Assembly: GCA_051047955.1 (NCBI GenBank)
Contig: JBPGPT010000001.1
Span: forward strand, 372,001 to 436,000
Length of the DNA: 64,000 bases
Source of the DNA: Cystobasidiomycetes sp. EMM_F5
Taxonomy: Eukaryota
Direction of reading: 5' to 3'
Every line of letters begins with the position of its first letter. Position 1 is the first letter of the stretch. The position numbers and the translations under genes were made by a program. Below the pieces are notes generated by a model, which did no database searches, had not been told where the DNA came from, and saw only the letters and a program-made list of their open reading frames with translations. Of the stretch, positions 1 through 13,822 are shown in pieces.

Positions 1-1217
1 GGTGAAGACGCCGAGACTGTAATCGTCCGCGCGGCCAGCTCAATAGCCGATAAAATAAAGAAGGAGCTGGAGAAGATCGTTGCTGAGCACCGCGACCGTG
101 TTGTCATTGGACTGGTGTCGCCCGCTAACAGTGAGTGACGATGCTTATTGGAAGCGAAGACGCTTCTGCTGACGTCAACAACCTTCAACAGCGCATGCCC
201 GTATAATCGGGCGTGGTGGAAGCGGAATCAATGAACTGCAGAGCAAACATAACATAAAAGTCATAATGCCGGGCAGAAACGAGTATAACCAGGTCGGCCC
301 CGTCAGTAATGCCCATGAGGTAGGCGACGCGTCCGAGTCAGACATAATTAAGCTGGTCGGATCCAGTTCCGCTTGCGAGGCAGCTGCTAGCGAGATCAAG
401 GTGCGTATGGCGGCGGACGACGAGATGATTCAAGCTGATGTATCGGGCTACATGACCAACAGGAGAGGGTAGCAACAGCACCAGCAGCTATTCGTGCGCC
501 CAGAGAACAGCGGCAAGTAGCCTCCTCAGACGCCATTACCGCTACCGTGAATGTTCCCGCTCGGTACCACGCTCGGGTGACGCAAGGCGGCAAATTCTTC
601 CGGACTCTGCCAGGCGGCGTCAAGGTGGACCATGGCGATGTCAAACCGCAACCTGCACGCGCGGCGATCAACGGAGCCGGCAAAGCTGCTAGGATAGATG
701 AGGACGAATCCGATCAGTCTGGCGAATTCTCCTGGGAAATCACGGAATTGTCACAAGGCGGTGATGACGATATTGTGCAATGGAGTATTCGCGGCAATGA
801 TCAGGAGAAAGTTGACAGGGTCGAAAAGATGATTCAAACGGCGCTGGAACGGTGCAAGCAAGAAACGCATCAAGGTGTCCTGACAGTGCCTCAAGGCCTG
901 ATTCCGAGAAGTGAGCTTAATCGCACTGTTCGTGACCCACAGGAGTTGGGATGCTAATATACAATCCGACTGTGACAGTTGTTGGGCGGCAAGGGTCAGG
1001 TCTCGACAAACTGCGGGCGCTTGGCGTTTCGGTCGAAGTCGAAGGCCGTTCAGGAGCCAATACGGGTGAGCCGCTCGTGACAAATGTAGATGCAATGTAC
1101 TGACGTAGAGCATTGCGGACAGTCATATTCCAAGGCAATCCAAACGATCTTGAGAAGGCCCGGGAAGCCGTAGTCGAATTGCGCGAACAGCAGCGAAACG
1201 GTAATGACCGGCGGTAA
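1..1217 (+). CDS. Vigilin/Scp160-like multi-KH-domain RNA-binding protein, 3' part (truncated at window start, spliced)
   Basis: KH GxxG loops across exons (ARIIGRGGSGINELQ; HARVTQGG; IPR|IVGRQGSGLDKLR); several GT-AG introns; stop TAA at 1215-1217. Confidence 0.85.
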
Positions 1218-1762
1218 GGCAGTGTCACGCACAGCAGAGTAGCGCAGGAATGCTCGTCAGTGTGTCCAATCAAGCAGGGTAATGAAAATGTTATATTGAT
1301 CGCTTCAGGCCATCGAGCACCACCACCTAAGCATATGGCTGGCTAATCGGATGGCTCAACCTGCTAACGCAAACTTGAGGGGCATGCACGATCAACTTCC
1401 ATGGATCATGAAACTCGCTTGTTCGAAGATTCAAGTCAATCACGAGAGCAGCCATCTTAGAAAAGCAAAGTTTTCGAATGTGCTAAACGTCTATGGCTAA
1501 TATGTCACGGTCTATGTATCTAGGTTAAGTATTGCATCCGGCGTTTAAATCCATCCGGAATGGCTGCCACAGCTTGAGGTGGTTGTCCTGCAAGGTTGTG
1601 CCAGCGAGCGCGAAGCTCGCCAACGAAGCCTTTCTAAGGCAACACAGAAAAACAATTGGATGATGTACAATTTAGTTGATTTGGAAAAGAATGCCGCCAA
1701 TTGCAAAGTACGTGGTTAAGTAGTGTCCCATTGACTTGGCGTGGCGACGAGTTTTGATGACC

Positions 1763-4007
1763 TCAGAGGTAGGCCATATCCGACATTGCTCCAGCGGGAT
1801 TTGTCGTTCGGCGTTTCTTCGTAGGTCCAATTGGGAAGAGAGGAGAGGGATACCTTTGAGGGCTGGTCAGCGGCATGGAGAAGTCATCCGCGTCTGAACT
1901 GGAAAGGCAAGGAGGCTTGGCGATGTTCCAGGTCGATAAAGATGGCAAACGAGTATGCTGAGTGCCGAAATCATCGTCCATATCGTCGAGTACGGGTCCA
2001 GGCGAGTAATGTCTGTATGACATGTTGGTCGTTGAGGATCTCCTGCCAAGTCTCGGTGACGAGCGGAGATAGTTTGTGGAGGAGTTCGAGAGAGCCGATG
2101 AAGGTCGCGTAGAGCCTACCGGCGGTAGTGTGCTGGAGAATTGTGAAAACGGCTCCAGGAGGGAAGGTCCGCCCATGAAGCCAGTGCTGGAGCCAAGCGA
2201 TGAGCGAGAGGAGTGTAATGATCCACTGGGCGACATCAGGCTCGACATTTCACGTGAGTGAGAACCGCTTCCTCCGGTATTGAAAAGGGACGATGACGAC
2301 AGAGGTGCCAGAGATGGCAGTGTACTAAAACCACTGCGCGATGTTCCCAAGTCGTCTCCGAGCCCAGACATGGAAGGCCTCCTGACTTTTCTCGCCGTAC
2401 GGCCGGCGGTGCCAAGTGAAGTGACTGATGAAGTACTTGAAGCAGCAGGAGAGTTCCTTGTTGTAAGCTTGGCGATGACCAAGCACCGCGAGAATGAAGC
2501 CGGATCATCGACGCGAACTCCGAAATATGATCCGAGATAGATCTTTACATCGAACATTGTGTATTGACCCGAATGTTTGCGAATCTCAAAGGTAGAGCCT
2601 GCAATGACAGCTCTTCATCAGAACATCATCACTCTTGCGTAGATTGACGACTTACAGAACGACCCCATTCCAGTCACAGTCTTTGTCAGCTCCGACAAGC
2701 GGATTCCTTGCATATCTGCCGGTGCTGCCGGTGCAGGCTGACCAGGCCTAACGGGGTATTGCATCAAGCGCTGGAAAAAGGTGCTCCATTTGTAGCGATC
2801 TTGAGCCAAATGATGCGAGCTTCAGTCGAATTCTGATAGACCCGGCTCAGTCATTTACATACCTTGCGAGTGCAGATAATGCGGCATTGTCTGCGACACC
2901 ATCTCATGAGGATGGTACCCGAGAACCCCAAGTGCGTCTTGCTGGAAACATCCGCAGCCTACTCAGTGGACAAGTCTAGATTGTACTGCTCTAAAAACCC
3001 ACCGAGGCTCGTGCGATGCGCATATCCGTTCCCATGACGAGCGTGACTGACCCACCAGATCTTGCATTGATACTACCCGAACTACTGCGCGTCGATGGCA
3101 CATCCAATTCGCTATGGGAACTAAGGTTCATGCTCGACAATGAAGGAAGAGGTTTCGTGCGGGCAAATGATGATTGAAAAGACGGCGAGCTCGCAAAAGG
3201 AGGGAGCGGAGGTAGGAGAGATGGGAGACCGCTGCTGAACGTGTTTGAAGACCCGCCAGCAGGTCTGTCTCGGAGGGACAAAGCTGGAGTATCATACAAT
3301 GAAGAACTGGAAGATGATGCCGAGAGATTGGATGTGTTGCGAGAGTGGCTACGAGACGAGATGGAGGACGATGATGAATATGAAGAAGGTAAGTTGAGCG
3401 GTCTCAATGGAGGGAGAAGCGAGTTATCCCAGGTGGTATGATTCATGTCCAAGCCGGAGCCGAAGGACGAGGTGCGATTATGCGTATTATAGGATGTAGG
3501 CATAAAGGTAGTCATGCTTGAGTGATTGGAAGTCGTACTTGGCGATAGTAGATCTGGAAAGACCGTTAAAGGCTCGAGAGGAGCTAAGTTGTGTGCTGTA
3601 CTTTTGCTATTTTTACGCTGTTGCTGCGCTTTTCGATGTCTAGTTTGGTATGGAGTAGGTCCGTCTAAACAGAGTTCTGGTCTTCCACAAGCTCTGCACT
3701 TGAGACAAGGTCTTGAATGGTCGCACCCTTGGTGCTTTTTTCGACAGGGTTGACAGGCACCCCTGATTTTGATGGGAGAGGGAGGGTCTGAAAGTAGGTT
3801 GGATGTTGGTATAGACGACGATAGTGTCGGGAATGGATTGCTGATTTGGTGGTAGCTGTGAGCAAAGTCGAATCGGTTGATGGACGGGAGTGATGAACTG
3901 AGAGGAAAAGAGTACGAGGACGAAGACTGAATTGGCTGCCCATTTTGACTGAACGATTGACCGTAGAGGGAAGGCTGACCATAGCTCGACGAGTACTGCG
4001 ACGCCAT
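1763..4007 (-). CDS. Zn(II)2Cys6 transcription factor with a PAS-like domain (4 exons)
   Basis: CQPCRKKHQGCDHSRPCLKCRACGRPELC fits CX2CX6CX5CX2CX8C; spliced exons give LVMGTDMRIARASQDALGVLGYHPHEMVSQTMPHYLHSQD, a PAS-like N-terminal pattern; Ser-rich linkers. Confidence 0.8.
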
Positions 4008-4547
4008 GGCGCCGTCTTACACGAGCTTGACGCCGCCCTTCGGAGAAATCTCAAAGTCGGAGATGGGGCGTCGTTTTCGACCCGGAGTCCGTGCGAAGTT
4101 TCGCAATTCGGGAACCGGTGTCAGTCGGACACGGAGTCGCAAACGAGGCGTCCGTAGTCAGCAGTCAGTGAGGCAGCACTAGCATCAGCGAGGCGTCAGC
4201 TCCATGGCCAGTTCCTTGCGCCTTGAGGCACTAGACTCCTGGCGCAGTCCTGGCGAAGAGGAAAACATTTTCGCGAAGTTTCCACAAGTCAGCGCAAAGT
4301 CGCTGCATTAGTAATTAGAACAGTCGTGACTGCCCCGGTCGTCAAGGCGTTCGGAAATTATGTGGAGAGTCAGAGTCCTTTGCAGCCAGTTGGGCGGAGA
4401 CCGAAAAGCGCGGACCGGGGAGTGTGGAGAGACGCAAGAAAATGCAAACATGCGAGATTGTACAATGGACGTATACTGCAGACTTGGACTATACTGCGGC
4501 TACAATGTCAGATAGGTCAAGCACATCTACAATGTCCGTGAGTCACG

Positions 4548-7500
4548 TCACATTCTTCGCCTGGGCACCTCCCGCTGCGAGCTGCTCGTCCCGCTGTCTC
4601 CACTCACGCTCCTTCCGCTATCCAGCGAGCTCAGACTGTCGCTACTCTCCCTCGCCCTCGTGCTGAGATCGCCAGTCGCAGAAAATGTACCACCAACTCC
4701 CGCCTCGACAAGTCTCTCGTGCTCTTCTTCGCTTTCATCGCCATGATGGCCGTCGCTATGATGGCCATGCCCGGATAGATGATCTGTTATGCTGTTGAAC
4801 AACTGTCGCATCGTCTGACCATTCGGCGACCGCGGTGTGCTATTCGTTCGAGACCGCTCGTCCGCCCGATTATTGCGATGAGGCGATGAGCCGACAGCCC
4901 CTAGCCCGAGTCCGTCTGCCGCAGTATCACTCGCACCTAATCTAAGATCAGGATTCCGAGCAGTCCCAAATCGATCATTCAAGATTTGACTGTACGATCT
5001 CTGCTTCATGCCCGATGGCGTATTTTGCAAAGTAGGTCGTGTACTTGAAGATGGCATGCCATGCTCATCGTCTACGTCACTTGATTGCCCGTTCTCAACG
5101 ACATCATCTAGTTGACTCGGACTCGGTAGCGGCGCTTGCTGTTGATGACTATTGTATCTTCGGCTACTGTCCCGCTCGGGCCTGGCCACTCTGTCTGGAC
5201 GGGGCGTTGTATTATTGTCGCCGTGCTGCAGGTCCGATATGCGTGGAGTAGCTGCATTCAAATTGTGATATGCATCAATGATGCTAGATCCAGTTGGACT
5301 GGTCGGGCTTGGATGCTCGTTGTAAGAAGAAGGATGTACTGCACTAAGGTATTGTGGCCCGGCTTGAAGATCGGCATTCGGTGCGTTTCGAGGGCTCTTC
5401 GGAAGAGGGAGAGGCGGTACATCTGTAGCTTCGCTGGTAGCACTATCGGTTCGACGGTTGTATATAGGTGGATAATGTGATTGATGAAGAGCTTGACCTT
5501 CTTGTCCCACTCTCGGATATCGATGCTCGATGACTTCCTCCTGGAATCCAATATGACTAGCCCCGCGGGCTGATGTTGCAGCCGCGCTATCGTGGCTGTT
5601 TTGTCGCGCAGCTGGGTATGGGATTGACTGCTGGTGGTTCGGTACTAACGTATGGCTGCTTGCGGTCACGGGGCTCTCGTTAGACGGCGACAATATTCTG
5701 TCACGACCCTGGACGGATTTACTTCGATGATCGCCATTCACGCTGCCAGAATATTGTGAGATACGCTCCATAGCATCCGAAGGCATGGGAGCAGATAACG
5801 CCATAGGAGCGTCATACAGCTGATGCCTGACTATACCATCGTGTTCTCGATGTAGGCCGGCCAACTGATACCGCTGCTGGTCTGTAGCGTTCCAATGAGC
5901 CGGATCAGAAACGCTCTCGCCTTGTTCATTGATACCAGCAAGAATACGTGATCCATGAGGATGACCATAAGGGGAATATGCCGTACTCCTCGCTGACATT
6001 TGCGATTTCCTGCGTTGTATAATGCTCCTCCTTGCGGAAACTGCACGATGGACTGATCCTACGACACCAAGAATGCCTCTCACTGAATCAACGCCGGGAT
6101 CCTCCAGATCCAAATTGCTCTTCTCGCCCATTCCATCGTGATCGTATTCATCGTTCGCGCCACCACCTCGACGCGATGTCGTAGCCGCTTTATGAGCGGT
6201 GGTGAGAAGCATTGTTGACCGTCTATCGAGTTTAACTTTTTGCGCCAGATCGTGCGGATCAATCTTGCTCATCTGCAAAAGCGTAATACCGCAGCAGATG
6301 GTGAAGAAACCAAATACAACAGTAGTGATCTGCACTGCTGATGCGTGGAACCCTTGATTGAGGATGACGTCTGTGACCAGGGTCGCAAATGTGAAAATGA
6401 CATAGTACGTCGGCGTGACCATGGCTGTATTAAAGAGTTCAAGCGCCTTGTTGAGGTAGTTGATCTCTGTAAGGAGGGTACATATGACTATGAAAGCAAG
6501 GATGTCGTCAGTCAACGTAGTTCTTCAAGATTTCACAAGCAAGCGCACCGAAACCAAGCAAGAAATAGATGAACCAATTCTTAAACTGATTATTTCCGTT
6601 GATGGAAGTGAGGATGGACGCGCCAAGTCCAGATGTGCAGACGACGGACAATCCACCGATGAGGGAGCAGACCAGGATCTGGCAACAGAAGCAACAAATT
6701 ACGAAGCGAACTTATTGTCAGCTTGATGCACATTCAGACACGACAGACAAATTTACATAGACCAGCATGTTCTTCTTGCCGTACCTCGGTCCTACCCAAA
6801 AGATGAGGCCGAGTGACACGACAATAACAACGCTTCCGTAAGCCAAAAAGCCAGGTGCCAGAAACAGCTTTTGAAACTCTGGAATGGTGGTTGCCGTTTG
6901 CGCTTGCGGGCCATTCAGAGCGATAATGACCGCTCCGAGAATACACAGCAGACACCCAATCTTGCCAAAGAACGTCAGCTTTTCCTTGAGGAATATCGAA
7001 GATAGGATTGCGCTACAGGATGTTTCCGAGCAATCAGCTGGAGTGACGAAATGTCTATACGATGTTTGTCACCATATGACGACGCTCAGCGCGCCCAGTG
7101 GAGTGACCAAGATGGCTTCCGTGAAAGCGTATGCTACGAAATTGCAGACTTCGCCGACAATCATGACTGCATTCGTATTTCGTCGAGAAAAAAAAGTGTC
7201 CAGACGTCAGTAGTGTGGACAATATTGGACGTCAAACACTCACGGATCATTCCGGACCACCACATGGGCGACTTGAGGTATGCATGACCTTCGCCTGCGA
7301 CAAAGCCTGGCTTGTTTTGCATAGACAAAAGGCCCTTTTTCTTGAAGACGAAAGAAGAACCTATGAAGAGGCCGGATACGACTGCCAGAATGATTCCGAC
7401 AATCTAAATGGCAAAGGGTTTTCAGCCGGAACGGCACAGATCCAGCATGTTCATTCGGCAGGAGTGGCGAGAACGGTATTGATACACATATTAATTACCA

Positions 7501-7735
7501 GTGTTTATTGCATCAATGTATGACAATTCACCTTGTAGCTTGCAGGATGATTGCTCGCCGCTGCTGCTGTTCCTCCTGTCGCAACTGCCAATGCGCTTGA
7601 TGCCTCTGCACTTGCACTACTGGCTGCAGCAAGGGCAGACGAAGCCGAGGCGATGACACTGGCTACGGAAGCGGAGGAGACTGCTGCAACGTTGATGGTC
7701 GTCGTCATCATATCGTTGGTGGTCGAAGATGCCAT
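4548..7735 (-). CDS. NIPA-family (DUF803) magnesium transporter with long disordered C-terminal tail
   Basis: Spliced motifs IVGIILAVVSGLFIGSSFVFKKKGL, GEVCNFVAYAFTEAILVTPLGALSV, EINYLNKALELFNTAMVTPTYYVIFT. Confidence 0.9.
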
Positions 7736-8323
7736 GATGAGTACCCGTCGTTGTTATGGAGTGGATGGGATGATTTCCAGCGGATGCCAAAAGAACGTGG
7801 GAAGCGGAGAATGATTGTGGTCTGTCGTCGAATTGCGCCGGGCTACTTGCTACAGGCCATGCGCGTTGTGTGACCAATATCTGCACTTTGTTTGCTACGG
7901 TTGAGCACTGTTGTCCATAATTCGGATGCTTATTGAATGGCCAGTATCCAATGTAATGATAGTGCAGCTATGATCCAGCGCAGCGTGTGTTGGCGTACTG
8001 CTGACGACTCTGCGGTTGAATATCGTCCGCAGTCCTCTCTTTTGACGGCGTTTGACTGCGTGTCCTGCACCGCTTGATAGCGACGAGACTGTCAATGAAT
8101 GCAGACTCGCAGCTGGCAGCACTCGCAGGTGTGTAGCAACCCAATCAGATAATCAGATCTAAGCATTCCATCATGTCTGCGCGGACAAGCTGTGCAAGCC
8201 GGCCGCTTTTCAAGTGACCACGAAAGCCACGATCAAGGGGCACTCGAATTTGTGACACTTTATGACAGATGCGACACATCTTTTGACGATTGTTTTGAGG
8301 ATTGGGATGGCTGAGCTGCTCGA

Positions 8324-10082
8324 ATGACCAGCAATACGATGGCCAAACGGCCTGGCCAGCCCAAGAACGGCAATGCGCAGCCCAAGTCAGCTGGCGGTAA
8401 TGCTGGCGTCGCCAACAAAGAACTACTCCAACGAATAAACTATCTTCACCAAGCTGCTGTTCTCGTAGCTAATGCTGTGCAGAAACCCCTGCCGCCGCGG
8501 AATGAGAGGAGGCCCAAGCCAAAGGCGACAAAGAACAAGCGCAAGTCCAGTGTCATTGACGAGTCGAGACCATCTACAAGGTCTCAGCAAGCTCAAGGGA
8601 AAGCAGCTGCTGAACTCATATCGACGCAGCCCGATGTGCGTTCTGGTAGCAACTTGCCGCAGGATACCAACTATGATTCCGGTGAACATGGTCAGCAAGG
8701 ACACCAGCCATATCATACCCACACCCAACCTCAGTTACAGACACCTTTTATCCAGCCCATCGTAGAGTATGACCCTACGTCGCCCGACATGCACACTTAT
8801 GCCACTCAGAACACTCACCTCGGCTCTGCGTCGCCCAACTTTGTCGATATAGGTCAGACAACACAGTACGGAGCGACTTCACCTGGCTACTTTGATATCG
8901 CACCAACAGCACCAACAGCCCCGTCACTAAACCACTCCCCAAATTACTCGCCGGCCCATGCCGTCTTCACCGTGCAATACCCTCCAATGACAAACCCTCA
9001 TCACGTAGAGCCTCTCGCTCTTCCTCCGTCAATATCCATACCAACTGGAACCTTCATCGAAGTCCATACGGTTCCGAAACCTAACAATGAGATCTCAGCA
9101 AATGCTGAAGACTCGGACTCGGACGATTCATATGTGGAATCATGCTGGACGCATCCAGAAGATCGTTGGCCAGAGCACTTTGAAGAGCTTAGACGAAGGC
9201 AATCTAATAAACTGCGAAAGACTCGTCATCAGGTCCCTGTCGGGGTCGTTCTATCAAACACGACATGGACGCGTCCAGACAGGGCAGAAAAACCTCCTCA
9301 ACACCTCAAGAAACGTCAACTCGCTCCAAAATCTCGTAAAGGGAGAAGAAAAGCAAGATTGGCGAAAATCGCAGCAAAGAAGCATTCAATGATTGCTACG
9401 GAGGGACGAGAGAGGATGCGAGCTAGGCATAGTCTGGCAGCGACATATGCTGCGGATATTCACGCTATTGCTAGTAAAGCAGTATTAAGGCTGTATGTGT
9501 TTACCTCCATACAAGGCTTTCGAGATTTCTCTAGACGTGCTGATGATCTGGTGATTGCACGCAGAGACCCCATTGTGAAGCGGAAACTATGCAGAAATTG
9601 CCATACAGTCCTCATTCCGGGCGTGACGAGCAGCGTTAAAATAAAGCGTGAGTCCAATGCGAGATGGCTATCGACTATACAATTGCTAAGTTGCATTTGG
9701 ACTTCCAGCTTCTGGGCCGCACGTACACGTTTTACGGACGCGGTGCTTGGCGTGTGGACAGACTAGAGAATGGCCAGCTCCGCCTACTCTCGTATCTCAA
9801 GAGCCCGACTGCGTAGAACAAGCAGATGATACCGCGACTGCAAGTACATCGACACTCACATCGGGAACCAGTACTTCGGACGCATCAGCCACAGTCTCTC
9901 CACAAGCAATGGAGATCGATATACCAACGACTTGTGCAAACGGCAAATCTTTCGCGAAGAAGAAAAGTAGACACGCAGACCCGATTGTGCCTGGGACAGC
10001 AAAGCAGTACATGCATCCGCGGTTCCACGAGCGGAAAGAGCACATTATCTATAAAGGAAGTGATAGAATGGATGTTCGGTAG
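8324..10082 (+). CDS. RPR2: RNase P subunit Rpr2/Rpp21-family protein with large low-complexity insertion
   Basis: ELLQRINYLHQAA near the N-terminus; KAVLRL|DPIVKRKLCRNCHTVLIPG and CLACG zinc-ribbon cysteines in later exons. Confidence 0.75.
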
Positions 10083-10351
10083 TACGGAGGAATCCTGGCA
10101 GAAGTGAAATGAGTAGAAGTTGAGCATGAAGTGGATACAGTGAAGACAGCGGTAAGCGGTAATAGCGGTACTGTTGTTGCAATAGCATTAAATGTACTCT
10201 GCAACGACTCGATCGCATGACAGCAGACTTTCCATTGAAACAACAGCGTAAACTTCCGACTACCCGGCGAAAATTGCGAAACGTGCTACATATGATACTA
10301 CGAGACGACTGATTGCCGTTTCATCGGTGCTCATTTCCCGATATCACAGAT

Positions 10352-11535
10352 CTAATTGCTCTCATTCCTGAAAATCGTGATTTCTTGCTGCTTGAAGTAT
10401 CTCCGGTTCTCTTCGTCGATGAGGACGAGGTTCAGGTAGTATCGTGCCGAAAACTTCTTGTTGACGTCGCGGAAAGTAGGCGTCAGCTCGAAGCCGCCGA
10501 GGAACAGTCTTATTGGTATCGTTTCCCCTCTGACAGGCGCGCCGTCCATAATTTCGAATTTGGTAATGGTCTCGGATTCATTGTATTGGTGAGGAGCTAG
10601 ACGCAAGTGCATATGTTATATGCTGGATCAGTGTACACTCAATGTTACTCGTGAAGGACTTTGTAAACTCACGAGCCCCAGTCGTTTCTCGCCTAATAAT
10701 GGACAGCTCCATGTGCTTGATCTTTATCCGCACTAGCAAAAAGTAGATTTTGCCGACGATTACGTCCTTCAGATGATACCTGCCACGTACTATCTCAGCG
10801 TCATTGTCAAACCCTGACGTAGCCGTCACCCACTTTGATTTGTTGTACTCAAATTCAATATGCAGGCAATCTTCAATGCCAACTTCCATCTTTATGCTGT
10901 TATTGCTGTCGGGCGGCATGCGGTACGAGTGCACCCATATATCGCGTTCGCGGATCACTTCACCTATCCGACGGGCGATAGTGACGCGAACAAAGTAGCG
11001 GAGCTTGACGTTGATGCCATTATAGGATTCGTACTGCTTTTCGACATTCTTGAATTCAAAGTCGAATGTCTGTGCGCCTCGTAGCTCGCCAGCTGCACTG
11101 AGTTCTTGTGACATGGACAGGAACTCGTAGTGATTGCCTCGGTCGTAGAAGAGGTCTGCATAGAACGCATGATGGTGTGTACATCAGAACGATATCCAGA
11201 ATTGTATCATTGGCACGCGGAACAAACCTATACTTCCAACAAACTCGACCTTTATCCCATCGTGCTTGACCGCCTTGCCGTCCTTTGCCCGCACGATAAT
11301 CTGTATTGCCCATTCAGCATGCGCCACGTTCTCTGTTCAGTCAGAGCACAATGCGCAATTCTGCAATGTAAAAGCGCCTCACCTGGCCTCTTACGCTCTC
11401 GCCGTCATAGTAGACGGGACACGTCTCTTTGCGCTCTGGCTTGTCCCCTTTGACTTCGACGACCTTGCGCTCATCCTCGCCAGACAAGACGACATCAGCC
11501 TCTACGCCAGGCTGAAATCCGGGCAGCCAGGACAT
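10352..11535 (-). CDS. VPS26: Retromer subunit Vps26
   Basis: [77 protein letters not shown]; multi-exon. Confidence 0.97.
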
Positions 11536-11888
11536 GCTGACTCCTCAAGCCGCAGAGGGTAGGACAGAATTAAAACGACGACAGAACTGCAGAATACGTT
11601 GCGAGCCAAGCTTAACGAGCCGTGTAGTTGGGATAGCCTCATTCTGATCGGTGTTCCTTCAGACCAGTCTCATGAGAGCACTACAAAGGTGCAATATAGT
11701 ATGCTCGCATCATACATCAGTGGAGAGACTTAGCGAAAAAGCAATAAGAAGCGCGTCGCTCGTCTCCACTGATGCACCGGTACTTATACAACGACACTTA
11801 ATGAATAAATAAGCATATGCTGGTTACTGACCTCATGGAATGCTAATATCCGGCCGATGTGCCCCTGATAGATGTGTAGAGTTCCTTC

Positions 11889-13277
11889 TCAATCCGCAAT
11901 AGCCTGTTGTACGATTTTCAGGAAATCAGACTGTACAGCGTCAGCGTGCCGCCCGCCTTGGCTGCGGGATTGGGCGTATAGCGTGTACATTCCCTTGATG
12001 GCCATTCTGAGCGCCTCCTCAGATGAGGCTACTGGATGCGAGATTTGATGCGTGCGGAGAAGAGGGGAGGACGGTGTGAATGTATCTGTATCGAATGTTT
12101 CGTTAGGTGCGCCGTCGTGGTTTTCGCGAGGTATACGGCTGGATGGTGGATCCATACCATACGCCATAGCAGTCTGGTCGGCTTCGTGGTCGTCGCACAT
12201 GTCGATAGATTCGTCAAGTTGGCTTTGAGTCGTTCCAATCTCACTAAACGAGTCTGGCCCAAACATCTCGTCTTGCCGACTGTCAATGTCTGTGGTGTCT
12301 GCTTCGCTGAGACCAGCCTGTGCACCCGTCACATCTAACGAGGCTTGATGATCATGAGAGTCTGGAATATTCGGTTCTTCCCGTCCATATCCAGCCCAAT
12401 AGTCGTCTTCGACTTGCTCGTTGAATCTCTCCAGCCTTGCCCTGCGTGAGGGATCGTCATACGAGTCACTCTCCTCGTCATCATCGCTATCGCAGCCGGC
12501 CCAGTAGTCATTCGCATTGGGTTCTGGCCCTTCTTCACCCTGCAGACCCGTTTCGGGCTCATGATGCATCGGTCGAGCGACACTGACACTCCTCTCGCGA
12601 TACGACTTTAGCAGCTCTGTTCGGCTCGACGTCGCATCCTGACTGAACGATACTCTTTTGCTGTGATTGCCCGTCATTGTGCGGGCGGCTTCCAGACATT
12701 GTTGTGCGCGCAATGCATCTGCGGCGTCTGGATACCACCCTTTTGTGCTGCTTTGTGGTAATTGTAGGTCATAATAGCGCCAGGCTGACTCGTCGTCTGC
12801 ATCGTCTGAGTGATGTGTATCATATCCTTCGTCCGCTGATTTGGATTGTCGAGAGCGTCTGTCTTCGTGCATGCCGTTGGACGTGTTCTCGACGTCTTGA
12901 CTGCTCGATGGAGTCGCTTCTTCCCATACGACGAGCAGATCTAGTGACGTATCTTCGTCATCTTGACAGAGCGTCACTCTTGCGACGAGTCTACCCTCTT
13001 CGTCCATCTGCCCACTGTATCCAACATCCGACACTCGTATATCCTCTATGTACCTTGTCGAAAGCTCCTCTCGCCGTCTCTCGACGTCTTCAGCCGTCAC
13101 GAGACTTGTTGTGGCCTGGAGATAGTTTGGAGTCCCTGGTACGGGAGCGAGGTACTTGTGACGTAGTAAGACGGCAGCAGACATGACTGATTGTGGGAGT
13201 TCGGGGGCTACAGGTGACAGAAGCAGCGGAAGCAGCGAAACGACCGCGCCTAGCGGTGACGGGGGGTCCGTAGTCAT
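11889..13277 (-). CDS. Hypothetical protein (acidic, DYWAG motifs), single exon
   Basis: ~460-codon uninterrupted ORF with protein-like composition; family not recognised. Confidence 0.7.
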   Translation of the reverse strand: MTTDPPSPLGAVVSLLPLLLSPVAPELPQSVMSAAVLLRHKYLAPVPGTPNYLQATTSLVTAEDVERRREELSTRYIEDIRVSDVGYSGQMDEEGRLVARVTLCQDDEDTSLDLLVVWEEATPSSSQDVENTSNGMHEDRRSRQSKSADEGYDTHHSDDADDESAWRYYDLQLPQSSTKGWYPDAADALRAQQCLEAARTMTGNHSKRVSFSQDATSSRTELLKSYRERSVSVARPMHHEPETGLQGEEGPEPNANDYWAGCDSDDDEESDSYDDPSRRARLERFNEQVEDDYWAGYGREEPNIPDSHDHQASLDVTGAQAGLSEADTTDIDSRQDEMFGPDSFSEIGTTQSQLDESIDMCDDHEADQTAMAYGMDPPSSRIPRENHDGAPNETFDTDTFTPSSPLLRTHQISHPVASSEEALRMAIKGMYTLYAQSRSQGGRHADAVQSDFLKIVQQAIAD

Positions 13278-13822
13278 GGTCGATAGGGAAACTTGTGGTA
13301 GAGTCACAGTGTGTAGTGGAGCGACTCGCTTGTCGTTTGCCTATGTGCAGAGTTGTCATGAAGCCACGTAGGGAGCTGACTGCTCTTACGCTCCAAAGCA
13401 TCAGGCTTTCACGCACAACGGATTGTCCGTCCGCGGGTTCCACATCAAAAATAGGGGTTTCATGTAACCGCGTTGACTGTTCAGAACGTTTCTTCACCTC
13501 GAGAAGCAAGTAAAGGAGCTTAGTCTGCGGTACCGCACGCACAAGGCATGGCGTACTGGGACGAAACTTCAACGGTGTCCAGCTAGGCTCGAAGTCGATA
13601 AATGCCATGTACTATAATGACCGTTCTCCTCAATGTCAAACAAGAAAGACGACTACTTTACAGACAGATAAAAAGCAATAATTCCAGAGTAGAATATGAC
13701 CTTCAAGCTCGCGTCTGCATGGCGAATGGGTGATGTACGTTTGGCTGGCTGATCATAATCGACAGCAAGCTTGCAACCTTGTCCGATCTCTACAACCGCT
13801 CGATTGACACTATAGTGCCGCC

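Noticed and set aside
13090..13608. 172-aa minus-strand ORF
   Set aside because: Overlaps the 5' end of the downstream gene in another frame and has no recognisable motif; probably UTR/promoter
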